Shown here one piece after another: positions 36,487 to 47,109 of a stretch of DNA of 64,000 nt. The notes under the pieces are model-generated. The model had not been told where the DNA came from. It worked only from the letters and a program-made list of their open reading frames with translations, and did no database searches. The stretch's first letter is position 1, and every line of letters starts with the position of its first letter. A program made the position numbers and the translations under genes. Source of the DNA: Polyangiales bacterium (GTDB lineage Bacteria; Myxococcota_A; Polyangia; Polyangiales; Ga0077539); NCBI GenBank assembly GCA_044229975.1, contig JBGARZ010000006.1, positions 491,890 through 555,889 of the forward strand, written 5' to 3'.

Positions 36487-38550
36487 ATGAACCGAGTTCG
36501 ATGGATCGCCGTGGCGTGCGCCATGGTCGCGACGGCTTGCTCTGGCGAGACCCTCACGGTCGGTGAAAACGACGCGTCGACGGCGAGCGACGTCGGGACG
36601 GGAGACGTCGCCACAAAGGACGCAGGCTCGACCGACACGGGTGTTGCCGACGTGGGCTCCACCGACAGTGGCACCGCGGACACGGGCCCAACGGACACAG
36701 GCTCGACCGACGCGGGATCAACGGACACCGGCAGCACCGATGTCAGCACCATCGATGTCGGCATCGCGGACGCCGAGACCGATGCGGACGTCGGCTCAAC
36801 CGACGCCGGAACGACCGACAGCGGCGTGAGTGACGTGCCGACGGACGTCCGCGTGCCGCCGACCTCCGGCACCCTCCAGGTCAACATGGTGGGCAACCCC
36901 ACCAACGCGCGCGTGACCGTCGTGGGCCTGGCACCGGTCACCTTCTCCCAGTCGCTCGAAGCGAGCACCACGCTCACCGGCGTGGTGTTCGGCACCTACC
37001 GGCTGACGGCGCCCACCGCCATCTTCGGCGGCCAGTCCTACGTCGCGATGCCCGCGACCGTCGACGCGCAGGTCACGGCGGAGGAGTCGCCGAGCGTCAC
37101 GTTCGCCTACACGGCCATGAACAATCCGCCGACCATCAACATCGTCGCCGACCAGACCCTCTACGTGAACGCGCAGACGCCGACCCTCGTCCCCTTCACG
37201 GTCAACGACGTCGAGGACGGCCCCGCCGGCCTCGTGCCCGCGGCCGTGTCGAGCGACACCAATATGGTCACCGTCGGCGTCACCTCCTCCAGCTCCGGGT
37301 GGGTCCTCTCGCTCCTCCCCGGCCGCACCGCGGGGGCCGCCACGGTCACCATCTCCGTCACGGACTCGCTCGGCCGACCTACCACCCTCGTGGTGCGCGT
37401 CATCGTCTCGGCAGAGGCCGTCGTCACCACCAACGCCGACACGGGCGTGGGCTCGCTGCGCGCGGTCATCGGCGCGGTTCGCCCCGGGGCGACGGTGACC
37501 TTCGCGCCGTCGGTGGTCTCGCCCATCCGCCTCAACTCCACCATCCGCGTCACGAACCCGATCATCATCCAGGGCCCCGGCGCCGACGTCCTCACCATCG
37601 ACGGCCACGACGACGTCCAGATGCTCCAGGTCACGGTCCCCCTCACCGTCTCCGGCCTGACCTTCTCACACGGGTACTCGGGCTCCTTCGGCGCGGCGAT
37701 CCAGGCGCCCAACATGGGCACCCCCCTCACGGTGCGCGACTGCACCTTCGACGCCAACGTCTCGGGCATGCTGGGCGGCGCGATCTACGCCAACAGCAAC
37801 CTCTCCCTGTCCCGCAGCCTCTTCACCGCCAACCGCTCGAACAGCGGCGGCGCAGTGCAGGCCCAGGGCCCGGTCAACACCATCACCGGCTGCACCTTCC
37901 GCTCGAACGTCGCCAACCTCTTCGCCGGCGCGGTGCAGGCGTACGCGGCCACGCAGCACACCATCTCCGACTGCGCGTTCGTCTCGAACTCCGCCACCGC
38001 GGGCGGGGCGATCTCGGTCAACGGCAACAACTGCATCGTGGCCATCAACAACTGCACCCTGGCGACCAACACGGCGTCCTTCGCGGGCGGCGCCATCGTC
38101 ATCAACGGCACCGGGGCCCTGGTGTCGATGTCCTTCAGCACCGTGACCGGGTCGTCGGGCAGCTCCGCGCTCAACGCCACGACGGGCGGCTATCGGATCA
38201 AGAACAGCATCGTCGCGGGCAACGCCAACGGCGACCTCTCGGCCGTCGGCGAGTTCATCTCCGGCGGCCGCAACATCATCGGCGTCACGAGGGGCACGTC
38301 GTACTCCGGCCCCGACGTGGGCGTCGGCGACGACCAGACCGGCGTCACCATCGCGCTCGACCCGGTGAGCAGCTACGGCGGCCTCACGCCCACGGTGCGC
38401 CTGCCCGCCGGGAGCATCGCGCTCGACGTCATCCCCGCCGCCGAGTGCACCACCTACGCGGGTCCGCTCGCCACCGACCAGCGCGGCCGGGCCCGCCCCG
38501 CCAACACCCGCTGCGACGTCGGCGCCTTCGAGCGCCAGTCCACCGACTGA
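36487..38550 (+). CDS. Surface lipoprotein with Ig-like domain, beta-helix (GGAI repeats) and choice-of-anchor-Q-like C-terminus
   Basis: Lipobox ATAC, D/T/G-rich linker, DTGVGSLRAVI, repeated FxxN..GGA(I/V), TDQRGRARP..CDVGAFE. Confidence 0.85.
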   Translation: MNRVRWIAVACAMVATACSGETLTVGENDASTASDVGTGDVATKDAGSTDTGVADVGSTDSGTADTGPTDTGSTDAGSTDTGSTDVSTIDVGIADAETDADVGSTDAGTTDSGVSDVPTDVRVPPTSGTLQVNMVGNPTNARVTVVGLAPVTFSQSLEASTTLTGVVFGTYRLTAPTAIFGGQSYVAMPATVDAQVTAEESPSVTFAYTAMNNPPTINIVADQTLYVNAQTPTLVPFTVNDVEDGPAGLVPAAVSSDTNMVTVGVTSSSSGWVLSLLPGRTAGAATVTISVTDSLGRPTTLVVRVIVSAEAVVTTNADTGVGSLRAVIGAVRPGATVTFAPSVVSPIRLNSTIRVTNPIIIQGPGADVLTIDGHDDVQMLQVTVPLTVSGLTFSHGYSGSFGAAIQAPNMGTPLTVRDCTFDANVSGMLGGAIYANSNLSLSRSLFTANRSNSGGAVQAQGPVNTITGCTFRSNVANLFAGAVQAYAATQHTISDCAFVSNSATAGGAISVNGNNCIVAINNCTLATNTASFAGGAIVINGTGALVSMSFSTVTGSSGSSALNATTGGYRIKNSIVAGNANGDLSAVGEFISGGRNIIGVTRGTSYSGPDVGVGDDQTGVTIALDPVSSYGGLTPTVRLPAGSIALDVIPAAECTTYAGPLATDQRGRARPANTRCDVGAFERQSTD

Positions 38551-38553
38551 CCC

Positions 38554-40164
38554 TCAGTACACGTTGTCGCGATAGCCGGTCGGGGTCTGCGCGCCCGTGT
38601 TGGTGCGCGGCCCCACCGCCCGCGGCGGCCTCCGCGGCCCCCTCGTCGGCCCCGCCACGACACTCCCCGCATCGACCTCCGCCGGATTCACCACCGGCAT
38701 CGGCGGAACCTCCGTCGCCCTCGGCCGCAGCCGCGCGACGTGGGCGATGCGCGCCCCCGACAGCGTCACCTGCTCGTCCTCGAAGCCCTCGCGACGAAAC
38801 ACCAGCGTGTGCGAAGCGCTGGGGTTGCCGCGCGCGCCCGTCCAGGTGTTGCGGAGGGGCGTGCGCCCGATGGACACGCCGTCTTCGAGCACCTCGGCGC
38901 CCACCGGGTCGCTGTCGAGCGCGAGCTGCACCGACGGCATCGCGGCGGCCACCGGCGGTGCGACGGACGGCGCGGCGACCATGCGGATGAGCACGCCGAG
39001 GCCGACCGCGAGCACGAAGAGCCCGGCGACCATGAGCACCGGCGAGGTGCGGCGCTCGCGCGAGAGCGGCGGAACGGTGGCATCGGCAGGAGCGGCGATG
39101 ACCAGCGGCTCGGACGGCGTGAAGGGGCGCGAGACCGGCGGCAGCGGCGGAGGCAGCGACGAGGCGATGGGCGCGAGGCCGCCCTCGTTGGGCGTGATGC
39201 CTCTGGCCGCCGCGACGCTCATGAACTCACCCGACATCGACCCGAGCGGTCGGCCGAGCGAGGCGCCCGCCTGCTTGATGGCGGCGATGAGGTCGTCGGT
39301 GGTGGCGTAGCGTTCGTCGGAGCGCTTCGCGAGGCAGCGGTAGACGATCTCCTCCACCGCGGCCGGAACCTGCACCAGGGGGTTGGCCTCGATGAGCGCC
39401 GGCACCGGGTCGCTCACGTGCGCCATGAGCAGGTTGACCGAGCTCGCGCGCTCGAAGGGGACCTTCCCCGTGAGCATCTCGTACAGGATCACCCCGAGCG
39501 AGTAGATGTCCGTCGCGGGCGAGACCCGCTCACCGCGAATCTGCTCCGGGGCCATGTACTTGGGCGAACCCATGAAGAGCCCGGTCTGGGTGAGGGCCTC
39601 TTCGGGGGTCTCGTCGGTGCGCTTGAGCAGCCCGAAATCCAGCACCTTCACGAAGTCCGGGTCTTCGTCGTGGCGGATCAGGAAGAGGTTGGCCGGCTTC
39701 AGGTCGCGGTGGATGACCCCGTGCTTGTGCGCCTCACGCAACGCACGACACGCCTGGATGAGGATGTGCAGCGCGCGGCCTACTTCGAGCGGCGACTCTT
39801 CGCGCAGGAGCCGGTGGAGGGTGCGACCCTCCAGGTACTCCATCGCCATGAAGTACACGTTGTCCGACGACTGTCCGTAGTCGTAGAGCGTGACCGTGTT
39901 GGGGTGCGTGAGCTTCGAGACGATCGACGCTTCGAGGAAGAAGCGCTTGTGGAACTCGGGGTCGTTTTCGCCGTTGTAGTTGGGCTGAAGCACCTTGAGC
40001 GCGACGATGCGCCCGAGCGGCGCCTGCTCGGCGCGGTAGACCTTGCCCATGCCCCCGCGGGCGATGACCGAGAGCACCTTGAAGCGGTCGTTGATGATCC
40101 GCCCGAGGAGCGGATCTCCCCCGGCGGTCGACGTCCCTGTGGTGGTGCTGACGGGCTCGGCCAT
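38554..40164 (-). CDS. Membrane Ser/Thr protein kinase with PEGA-like domain
   Basis: GGMGKVY, VALK, HRDLKPAN, DFG, GSPKYMAPE, TM, DSDPVGAEV..IGRTP. Confidence 0.95.
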   Translation of the reverse strand: MAEPVSTTTGTSTAGGDPLLGRIINDRFKVLSVIARGGMGKVYRAEQAPLGRIVALKVLQPNYNGENDPEFHKRFFLEASIVSKLTHPNTVTLYDYGQSSDNVYFMAMEYLEGRTLHRLLREESPLEVGRALHILIQACRALREAHKHGVIHRDLKPANLFLIRHDEDPDFVKVLDFGLLKRTDETPEEALTQTGLFMGSPKYMAPEQIRGERVSPATDIYSLGVILYEMLTGKVPFERASSVNLLMAHVSDPVPALIEANPLVQVPAAVEEIVYRCLAKRSDERYATTDDLIAAIKQAGASLGRPLGSMSGEFMSVAAARGITPNEGGLAPIASSLPPPLPPVSRPFTPSEPLVIAAPADATVPPLSRERRTSPVLMVAGLFVLAVGLGVLIRMVAAPSVAPPVAAAMPSVQLALDSDPVGAEVLEDGVSIGRTPLRNTWTGARGNPSASHTLVFRREGFEDEQVTLSGARIAHVARLRPRATEVPPMPVVNPAEVDAGSVVAGPTRGPRRPPRAVGPRTNTGAQTPTGYRDNVY

Positions 40165-40298
40165 GCGCTCCGATGAACGGTCTGTCGACGTCTGAAAACC
40201 CCCGACGACCGGTCTCGGGAGATTGTTCCACCCGTGGCGGAGGGCGTCAACGATCGGGATGGGTTGCGAGCGGGGAGCGCTCGTGCTGCCCTTCGCGC

Positions 40299-41981
40299 AT
40301 GAACGCACGCAAGCGACGGTGGGGAGCGGGGCTTCTGGGCATGGCGCTGTTGGCGGTTCCGACCGCGGCGCTCGCGGTCGACGAGACGACCCTCGCGGTC
40401 GACCTCGACGATGGCGTCTCCGATGCTGATGTCCGCGCCCTCGCCGCGCGCCATCACATCACGCTCACGGCCAACAGCCCGATGGCCGTGAGCGACCGCC
40501 TCTACCTCGCGACGGTCCCCACGGAAGACGCGACCCGTGTGCTGAGCGAGCTCGCCGCGGACTCCGACGTCGACGCCGCCGAGCCCAACATGGAGATGCG
40601 CGCGCTCTTCGTTCCCAACGACCCGATGTACGAGCGGCAGTGGGGCATGACCCGCGTCGGGCTCCCTCGCTCGTCCGAAGTCACCTGCGGCCAGGGCGTG
40701 ACCGTCGCGGTCATCGACACCGGCGTCGCGTGTGAAAACCACGGCGAGTTCACCCGCATCCCCGACCTCGCCGGCACCCGCTGCCTCCCCGGCTGGAACT
40801 TCGTCAACGACACCGCCCACGCCAACGACGACCAGGGTCACGGCACCCACGTCGCGGGCACCATCGCGCAGACCACCAACAACCGCTTCGGCACCGCGGG
40901 CGTGGCCTTCTGCGCGGCGATCCTGCCGGTGAAGGTGCTGAGCGCGAGCGGCAGCGGCTCGCTCGCCGACGTCGCCGACGGCATCCGCTGGGCGGCCGAC
41001 CACGGCGCCGACGTCATCAACCTCTCCCTCGGCGGCGACGGCCGCTCGAAGATCATGGACGAGGCCGTCGCCTACGCGCACCGCCGCGGCACCACCGTCG
41101 TCTGCGCCGCGGGCAACAACGGCCGCGCGGTGGGATCGCCCGCCAACGCGCCGCACTCCATCGCCGTGAGCGCCATCGACTCTGGCGACCAGATCGCGTT
41201 CTTCAGCTCGCGCGGCCAGGAGATCGCCATCGCCGCCCCCGGCGTGAACATCCTCCAGCAGACGATCTGCGAGCGCGGCCGCAACCGCTGCGAGCAGTTC
41301 GCGTCGTGGTCGGGCACCTCCATGGCCGCGCCGCACGTCGCGGGTGTCGCCGCGCTCATCCACTCGCTCGGCGTCACCGACCCCGACGCCGTGCGCGACA
41401 TCCTCCAGCGCCACGCCACCCCGACAGCCCACGGCGGCGCCGAGCGCACCCTCTACGGCGCTGGCGTCGTCAGCGGGTCGGTGGCCAGCGATGCGACGCT
41501 CCAGTCGTCGGGCATCGCCCGCGCGGTGATGCTCGCGCTCCTCGCCATCGGGCTCGCGCTCTACATCCGCAGCAAGAAGGGCCAGCTCACCGTCGGCTGG
41601 TTGCTCCCTGCCATCGTCACGGGTGTCGGCCTCTTCGTCCTGCCGAACTTCGTCGGTCACTATGTTCCCGGCGTCGACTTCGCGATGCGTCCGGCCGCCA
41701 CCTGGGACGTGCTGCTCTTCGGCGCGCACCTGCACCGCTGGCTGCCCTTCGCCAACATCGGCGTCGTGCTCGCGCTGGTGGCGCTCGGCTTCTCGCGCCC
41801 GCTGCTGCGCTCGGCCATCGGCGGCGTGGCGCTGGGGACGGCGTCGTTCCTGCTGACGGAGCTGTACCTGGGCACCGGGTTCGCGCCGCTCGGCTCGCTG
41901 CTCTACTTCGGCTGGATCGGCTTCAACGTCGCCGTCTGCCTCTGGATCGCCCGCATCGGCATCGACCACAAGACCCGTTAG
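40299..41981 (+). CDS. Subtilisin-like S8 protease with C-terminal multi-TM domain
   Basis: Catalytic triad VIDTG, HGTHVAG, GTSMAAP; several C-terminal TM helices. Confidence 0.95.
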   Translation: MNARKRRWGAGLLGMALLAVPTAALAVDETTLAVDLDDGVSDADVRALAARHHITLTANSPMAVSDRLYLATVPTEDATRVLSELAADSDVDAAEPNMEMRALFVPNDPMYERQWGMTRVGLPRSSEVTCGQGVTVAVIDTGVACENHGEFTRIPDLAGTRCLPGWNFVNDTAHANDDQGHGTHVAGTIAQTTNNRFGTAGVAFCAAILPVKVLSASGSGSLADVADGIRWAADHGADVINLSLGGDGRSKIMDEAVAYAHRRGTTVVCAAGNNGRAVGSPANAPHSIAVSAIDSGDQIAFFSSRGQEIAIAAPGVNILQQTICERGRNRCEQFASWSGTSMAAPHVAGVAALIHSLGVTDPDAVRDILQRHATPTAHGGAERTLYGAGVVSGSVASDATLQSSGIARAVMLALLAIGLALYIRSKKGQLTVGWLLPAIVTGVGLFVLPNFVGHYVPGVDFAMRPAATWDVLLFGAHLHRWLPFANIGVVLALVALGFSRPLLRSAIGGVALGTASFLLTELYLGTGFAPLGSLLYFGWIGFNVAVCLWIARIGIDHKTR

Positions 41982-42078
41982 ACCGTCTCCCCTCCTCTCG
42001 CACCCCATCCGACAAACCAGACGCCGCCTGTCACGCGGGCGTTGTGATCGCGCTCCCTCTTGAACGACACTCGTCGCG

Positions 42079-43503
42079 ATGAGGTCGGGGGCGTGGTTCG
42101 CAATCGTGGTCGATGGGTTGCTCTTCGGCGCGTCCGTGTCCGCCGACCCGGTGCCCGTGCTCACGGTCTCGGTGCGCGACCGCGGGCCCTCCGCCGAGCA
42201 GGTCGCCGCGGTGGTGACCTCCGTCGGCGCCGACGCCCGATCGGGCGATGAGCTCCGTCGCGATCTCCTCGACCACTTCGGTCGTTACGCCCCGCAGGAG
42301 GACGTCCTGCGTCCGCAGCGCGAGGCCATCACCGCGGGCGAAAACGCCTACTTCGCGCAAGGGCGCGCGGCCGGTCGTCGTCGCATCCAGCCCGCGCTCA
42401 CCGCGATGGAGGCCGCCCCCGAGGCGCTCGAACTCCAGGAGAACAACCGCGCCGCGTACCTGAAGGGGTTGTTCTTGCTGGCGCGCATGGCGCACGAGGA
42501 GAGACATCCCGACGAGGCCGAGACGTGGCTGCGCCGGGCCTTCGCGTTCGACCCGTGGTGGATGCCCTCCAACTACGACTGCCCGGAGCGCTTCCGCCCC
42601 ATCGTCGCGCGCCTCCGCCCCGCCGCGGCCACCAGCTCCGCCCCGACCGCCACCGGAACACTCTCCGTCCGCGCCCCGCGCGAAGGCTGCACCCTCTCGG
42701 TCGACGACACCCGCTCCGCCTCCACCGCACAGACCGTGTCGCAGTCCGTCCCCGCTCGCTCGCACCGCGTGTCGCTGCGCTGCGCCGAGGCGTCCCGCGT
42801 CCGCTCGGTGACCGTCGCCGCGGGCGCCACCACGTCCCTCGTGATGGACCCGCGCCTCGACGCGCTCCTCCGCGTGGCCGAGCTCCCGGGGCTCAACTAC
42901 CAGACCGCTCCGGAGTCTCCCGCCGTGGTCGTCGGCGACGCCGCCGCGGTGGGCGCCTCGCTCGGCGTCGAGCGCGTGGTGCTCCTCACTGGCGACCGAC
43001 CGCTCGTGGTCGACGTGCGCCGCGGCGAGGTCGTCCACGACGCGATGTCCGCGCAGGTCGAGCGCGCGCTCGGGTTGGGCGCGGCTTTACCTGCTCCGGT
43101 AAGCGTGGCGCCTCCCATCGACCCGCGCATCGACGTCACCCCGCGTCCGACGCGCGGACCGGGCGCAGGACCGTGGGTGCTCGTGGGCGTCGGCGCAGGC
43201 GCGTTGGTGGCGGGCGGAGTGTTCTTCTACCTGCGCGGCGCACCGCTCGAATCGTTCGAGAGTCTCTGTCCCGCTGGCACCTGCCCCGATGACGCCACGG
43301 GAGAACGGGCGACGCCCTTCCGGGACGAAGCCTCGCTCTACACCACGCTGACCTTCGTCTCGGCTGGCGTCGGGCTCGCGGCCGTGGCCGGTGGGCTCAT
43401 CTGGTACGCCGTCGCGCCTCGCCGTCCCGCTCCGGTCGCCTTCCGCGCGAGCCCGTGGGCCTCGCCGGGAGCGCTCGGCTTCACCCTCGACGCCCGCTTC
43501 TGA
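42079..43503 (+). CDS. Hypothetical secreted/membrane protein (TPR-like + PEGA-like + TM hairpin)
   Basis: Signal-like N-terminus, helical region, beta domain, GPWVLVGVGAG TM, C-terminal LDARF. Confidence 0.7.
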   Translation: MRSGAWFAIVVDGLLFGASVSADPVPVLTVSVRDRGPSAEQVAAVVTSVGADARSGDELRRDLLDHFGRYAPQEDVLRPQREAITAGENAYFAQGRAAGRRRIQPALTAMEAAPEALELQENNRAAYLKGLFLLARMAHEERHPDEAETWLRRAFAFDPWWMPSNYDCPERFRPIVARLRPAAATSSAPTATGTLSVRAPREGCTLSVDDTRSASTAQTVSQSVPARSHRVSLRCAEASRVRSVTVAAGATTSLVMDPRLDALLRVAELPGLNYQTAPESPAVVVGDAAAVGASLGVERVVLLTGDRPLVVDVRRGEVVHDAMSAQVERALGLGAALPAPVSVAPPIDPRIDVTPRPTRGPGAGPWVLVGVGAGALVAGGVFFYLRGAPLESFESLCPAGTCPDDATGERATPFRDEASLYTTLTFVSAGVGLAAVAGGLIWYAVAPRRPAPVAFRASPWASPGALGFTLDARF

Positions 43504-43615
43504 TCGCCTTCCGGCTCTCTTGATGCCGCGCTTGACGCGGTGCTAGCTTGGCGAACGTTTTCCGACGGCGGGGCAACCAGTCTCACCACCGGGAAGTTTC
43601 TCGTACGGAGGTTTC

Positions 43616-44338
43616 ATGCGCACGGCCGTGGTTCTCGTCTCGCTCGCAGGTGTGTTTGGTGCTGTCTCCCTCGGGTCGCCCCGCGAGGCGCAGGCGCAGA
43701 CGGTCAACGAGATCTCACCGACGGGCAAGGGCATCGCCGGCTGCGCGCTGCTGGGCGCTGACACCGTGATGCTCATCGAAGCCGCCGCGGGCGCGCGGCC
43801 GACGTGGGCGTACATCCTGGGCGGCGGTCTCGGCGCCGTCGCGGGCGGCGTGGGCGGCTACTTCCTGGAGCAGGCCGCCGTCGGCGACAGCACCCTCACC
43901 GGCATCACCGTGGGCACGCTCGTGGTGGGCCTCGGGCTCGCCATCCCGGCCACCATCGCGACGCTCAGCGCCACCGCGTACAACCCCGAAAACGATCAGC
44001 CCGCCGAGGACAACGCGCCCGCCAGCGGCCCGCTCGACGAAGGCTCCGCCACCACGGCGCCGGCCGCTCCTGCCGCCGCGCCCGCCGCCGCGCCCGCCAC
44101 GGGTGGTGCGACGTCACCGACCTCGGACATCCTCCCGGTCACCCCGCGTCGCTCGCGCGCGCTCGTGGCCCGCACCGTCATCCGCCCGACGGGCCTGCTC
44201 GACATCAACCAGACGGGGCTGTCGCTCGCGGTCCCCGCCATCAACGTGGGCAGCAACGTGAGCCTCCAGGAAGTCCGCCAGTACGGCGTGACGCCCGTGT
44301 CCGAGCTGCGCGTCCCGCTGCTCTCCGGCACCTTCTAG
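43616..44338 (+). CDS. Hypothetical membrane protein
   Basis: GGAGG RBS, signal peptide, Gly-rich TM helices, C-terminal LLSGTF. Confidence 0.75.
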   Translation: MRTAVVLVSLAGVFGAVSLGSPREAQAQTVNEISPTGKGIAGCALLGADTVMLIEAAAGARPTWAYILGGGLGAVAGGVGGYFLEQAAVGDSTLTGITVGTLVVGLGLAIPATIATLSATAYNPENDQPAEDNAPASGPLDEGSATTAPAAPAAAPAAAPATGGATSPTSDILPVTPRRSRALVARTVIRPTGLLDINQTGLSLAVPAINVGSNVSLQEVRQYGVTPVSELRVPLLSGTF

Positions 44339-44459
44339 AGCGACGGTTGCGGGCCTGACCGTTGCGCGCTGACGCCGCGGCGTGGGCCCCGGTGACTGCG
44401 GGCCTGACCGTTGCGCGCCGCTCCGAGACCCGCGAGGGCGCTGCCCTCTCCCAGCGCCG

Positions 44460-47006
44460 TCAGCGGTTGAGCAGGTGCCAGCCTGCGAACGACATCAACG
44501 CAAACAACACCAGCGCGATGGCCACCCGCGCGAAGAGCGGCAGCCCCTGCGGCGGCTCGACGAACACCTGCGGCCGCACGCGGTGCTTCTCCAGCTCTTC
44601 TTCCGCCGCCTCGGTCGGCGGCGCGCTGACCGTCGGCAGCGTGAGCGGAAGGTTGGCGCGCCCCTGCGCCGGCGTCGGCGCACGGAGGTTGGAGATGGGA
44701 CCGTCCTGCATCGGGCGACCGCCCGCGGGCGTCGGCGCACGCAACGCCGACATCGCGCTCCCCTCGGTGCGCACCGACTCCGACGGAGGCGACGGAACGG
44801 GCCGCGACTCGATCTCCAGCCCGTCGAACTCCTTCTCCGGCCCGCGACGGAGCAGCGTGGCCTTGTTGTCTCGCGACTGCGGGATGTCGAGCGCCGCCTC
44901 GTGGTCGTCGTCGAGCTCTGCGGGCGCGGTGGAGAGCAGCGCCTCCATCTGGTCGAAGTTCTGCGGCACGGCCGAGCGCATGCCGGGAGGCGTCGGCGCG
45001 CGCAGCCCGATGGGGGCACCACGCGTCGTCCCGGCCGGCGTCTGGGCGCGCATCGCGCTCGACGGCGCCGGGTCTTCCAACGACCGCTGAAACTCCTTCG
45101 GAACCCGCAACCCCGCCAGCGTCTGCGGCCGCGCCCGGGTGACCCGCTCGACCTCGAGCGCCATCGGCTCGGCCGTCGACCGCGTCTGGAGCTGCGCCTG
45201 CACCTCGGCCTGCTGTGCCTTCGCTTGCGCCAATGCCTGGGCCTGCGCTTGTTGCGCCTGGGTCTGCGGCTGCGGTCGCGCGCGCGACACCGACGAGTCC
45301 TCCGTCGCGGCGATGCGCGACGGCGCTGCGAACTGCGGCGCCGCGTTGCCCGAAGCGGGCGTCGGAGCGCGCGTATGGGGCAATCCCCCGCCGGCCATGG
45401 TCGAGAAGCGGGTGCCCTTGCGCGGCGCCTCGGAGCGCGGCTCGGCGCGTGATTCCGCGCGCGACTCGGTGGCCGAGACGGCCGGCTTCTGGATGGCCTT
45501 GTGCTTCGCGACGGAGGTCGCCGCCTCCAGGTCGGGCAGGTCGGGCAGGCGCAGCATCGAGTCCGACCGCGGCAGCTCGGGGACGTCGGCGAACTCCGCG
45601 GTCGAGGCCGTGGCCGCCGCCGTCGCGCGCACCGGGCCGCCCGCGTGCGGCACCTGCTTCACCATCGTGGGCTGATCGCTCAGCTCATGGTCGGACGATC
45701 GCCCCTGCGCTCCGCGACCCTTCGGCGCCGGGGTGGGCGCGCGCATCGGGTTGGGCGGGCGCGACGGGCGGCTGTTGGGCGCGATGAGCGGATTGAACCC
45801 CGAGGCCGCCTGGAGTTCGAGGCTGGGCGGCGGCGTCGGGGCGCGCAGCTCCAAGGCGCCGATGGAGTCCTTGCGGTGCCGGGTGGAGCCCGTCGCCGTG
45901 GTGGCCGCGGAGAGCAGCGGCTTCACCGACGAGTCGACGCGACCGAGCACCGAGTTGGGGTCGGGCGTGGAGGTGCGCGCTCGGCCGAGGTCGACCTCGG
46001 AGTTGCGCGACGAGGCCTGGCGCACGGCGTCGCGCTCGCGGCCGATCTTCTCGGACACCACCGCCGACATGAACTGCCCCACCTGCCGCTGCGTGGCGAT
46101 GTCCGCGCGGAAGTTGGCCTCGATGGCGTCGGCGAACTCCCCGGCGCTGGCGTAGCGATCGGCCGGGTCGTACGCGAGCGCCTTCTCGCAGAGCCCGTCG
46201 AGCTGCTCGGGGATCTGGTCGGTGAACATCAGCAGCGACCGGTACGGCGCCTTGAGCGACTCGTGGATGAGGTCGGGCCGCGCGCGCGCCGGGAAGCACC
46301 GCCGCAGCGCGAGCGTCTCCCAGAGCGTCACGCCCATCGAGAACACGTCCGCGCGCCGGTCGACCACGCCGCCTTCGAGCTGCTCGGGGGCCATGAACGG
46401 CGCCTTGCCCTTGAGCATGCCCACAGAGGTCAACGACAACCGCCGCTCGGCGCGCGCGATGCCGAAGTCCACGAGGCGGGCGGCGCCGTCGGAGCCGACG
46501 AGGATGTTCTGCGGGGAGACGTCGCGGTGGATGAGCTGCAGCCACTCGCCGTCGGGGCCGCGGAGGTTGTGCGCGGCGTCGAGTCCGATGAGCGCGTCGA
46601 GCACGATGCGCAGCGAGATGCCCAGCGGGATGGTGCGCTGGAGCCCGATGGCCGTGCGCTGGATGGCCGCGAGGGTGTCGCCCTCGATGTAGTCCATCAC
46701 CATGTACAGCTGGTCGCTGTCGTTGCCGAGGTCGAGAATGGAGACGACGTTGGGGTGGTGGATGCGCGCCGCGAGCCTCGCCTCGTCGAGGAACATCTGC
46801 ACGAACTCCTCGTCCGCCGCGATGTTGCGGTGCATGACCTTCACGGCCACGAGGCGCTCGAAGCCGCCGCTGCCCATCTTCCGCGCGAGGTAGACGTAGG
46901 CCATCCCCCCCTTGCCGAGGGCGGTGAGCAGCTCGTACTGCCCGACCCGCGTCGTCGCCCCCGACGGCAGGAAGCTGTCCCGCGAGGCGCTGGTAGGGTC
47001 GTTCAT
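44460..47006 (-). CDS. Ser/Thr protein kinase with long low-complexity region and C-terminal TM
   Basis: GKGGMAYVY, VAVK, HRDVSPQN, DFG, FMAPE; repeated RAPTP motifs. Confidence 0.95.
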   Translation of the reverse strand: MNDPTSASRDSFLPSGATTRVGQYELLTALGKGGMAYVYLARKMGSGGFERLVAVKVMHRNIAADEEFVQMFLDEARLAARIHHPNVVSILDLGNDSDQLYMVMDYIEGDTLAAIQRTAIGLQRTIPLGISLRIVLDALIGLDAAHNLRGPDGEWLQLIHRDVSPQNILVGSDGAARLVDFGIARAERRLSLTSVGMLKGKAPFMAPEQLEGGVVDRRADVFSMGVTLWETLALRRCFPARARPDLIHESLKAPYRSLLMFTDQIPEQLDGLCEKALAYDPADRYASAGEFADAIEANFRADIATQRQVGQFMSAVVSEKIGRERDAVRQASSRNSEVDLGRARTSTPDPNSVLGRVDSSVKPLLSAATTATGSTRHRKDSIGALELRAPTPPPSLELQAASGFNPLIAPNSRPSRPPNPMRAPTPAPKGRGAQGRSSDHELSDQPTMVKQVPHAGGPVRATAAATASTAEFADVPELPRSDSMLRLPDLPDLEAATSVAKHKAIQKPAVSATESRAESRAEPRSEAPRKGTRFSTMAGGGLPHTRAPTPASGNAAPQFAAPSRIAATEDSSVSRARPQPQTQAQQAQAQALAQAKAQQAEVQAQLQTRSTAEPMALEVERVTRARPQTLAGLRVPKEFQRSLEDPAPSSAMRAQTPAGTTRGAPIGLRAPTPPGMRSAVPQNFDQMEALLSTAPAELDDDHEAALDIPQSRDNKATLLRRGPEKEFDGLEIESRPVPSPPSESVRTEGSAMSALRAPTPAGGRPMQDGPISNLRAPTPAQGRANLPLTLPTVSAPPTEAAEEELEKHRVRPQVFVEPPQGLPLFARVAIALVLFALMSFAGWHLLNR

Positions 47007-47109
47007 GGAGTTACCCTGTGGTCTCTCCGACGCCGACCTTCGTACACGCGGACCCGGCCTTCCATTGCCCGTGAAAAATGTCCCACCGCGCCGGAAAACT
47101 CAATCCCCT

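Noticed and set aside
17942..47006. Four Ser/Thr kinases as a single novel signalling island
   Set aside because: Such density is normal for myxobacterial genomes and the genes are in separate transcription units.
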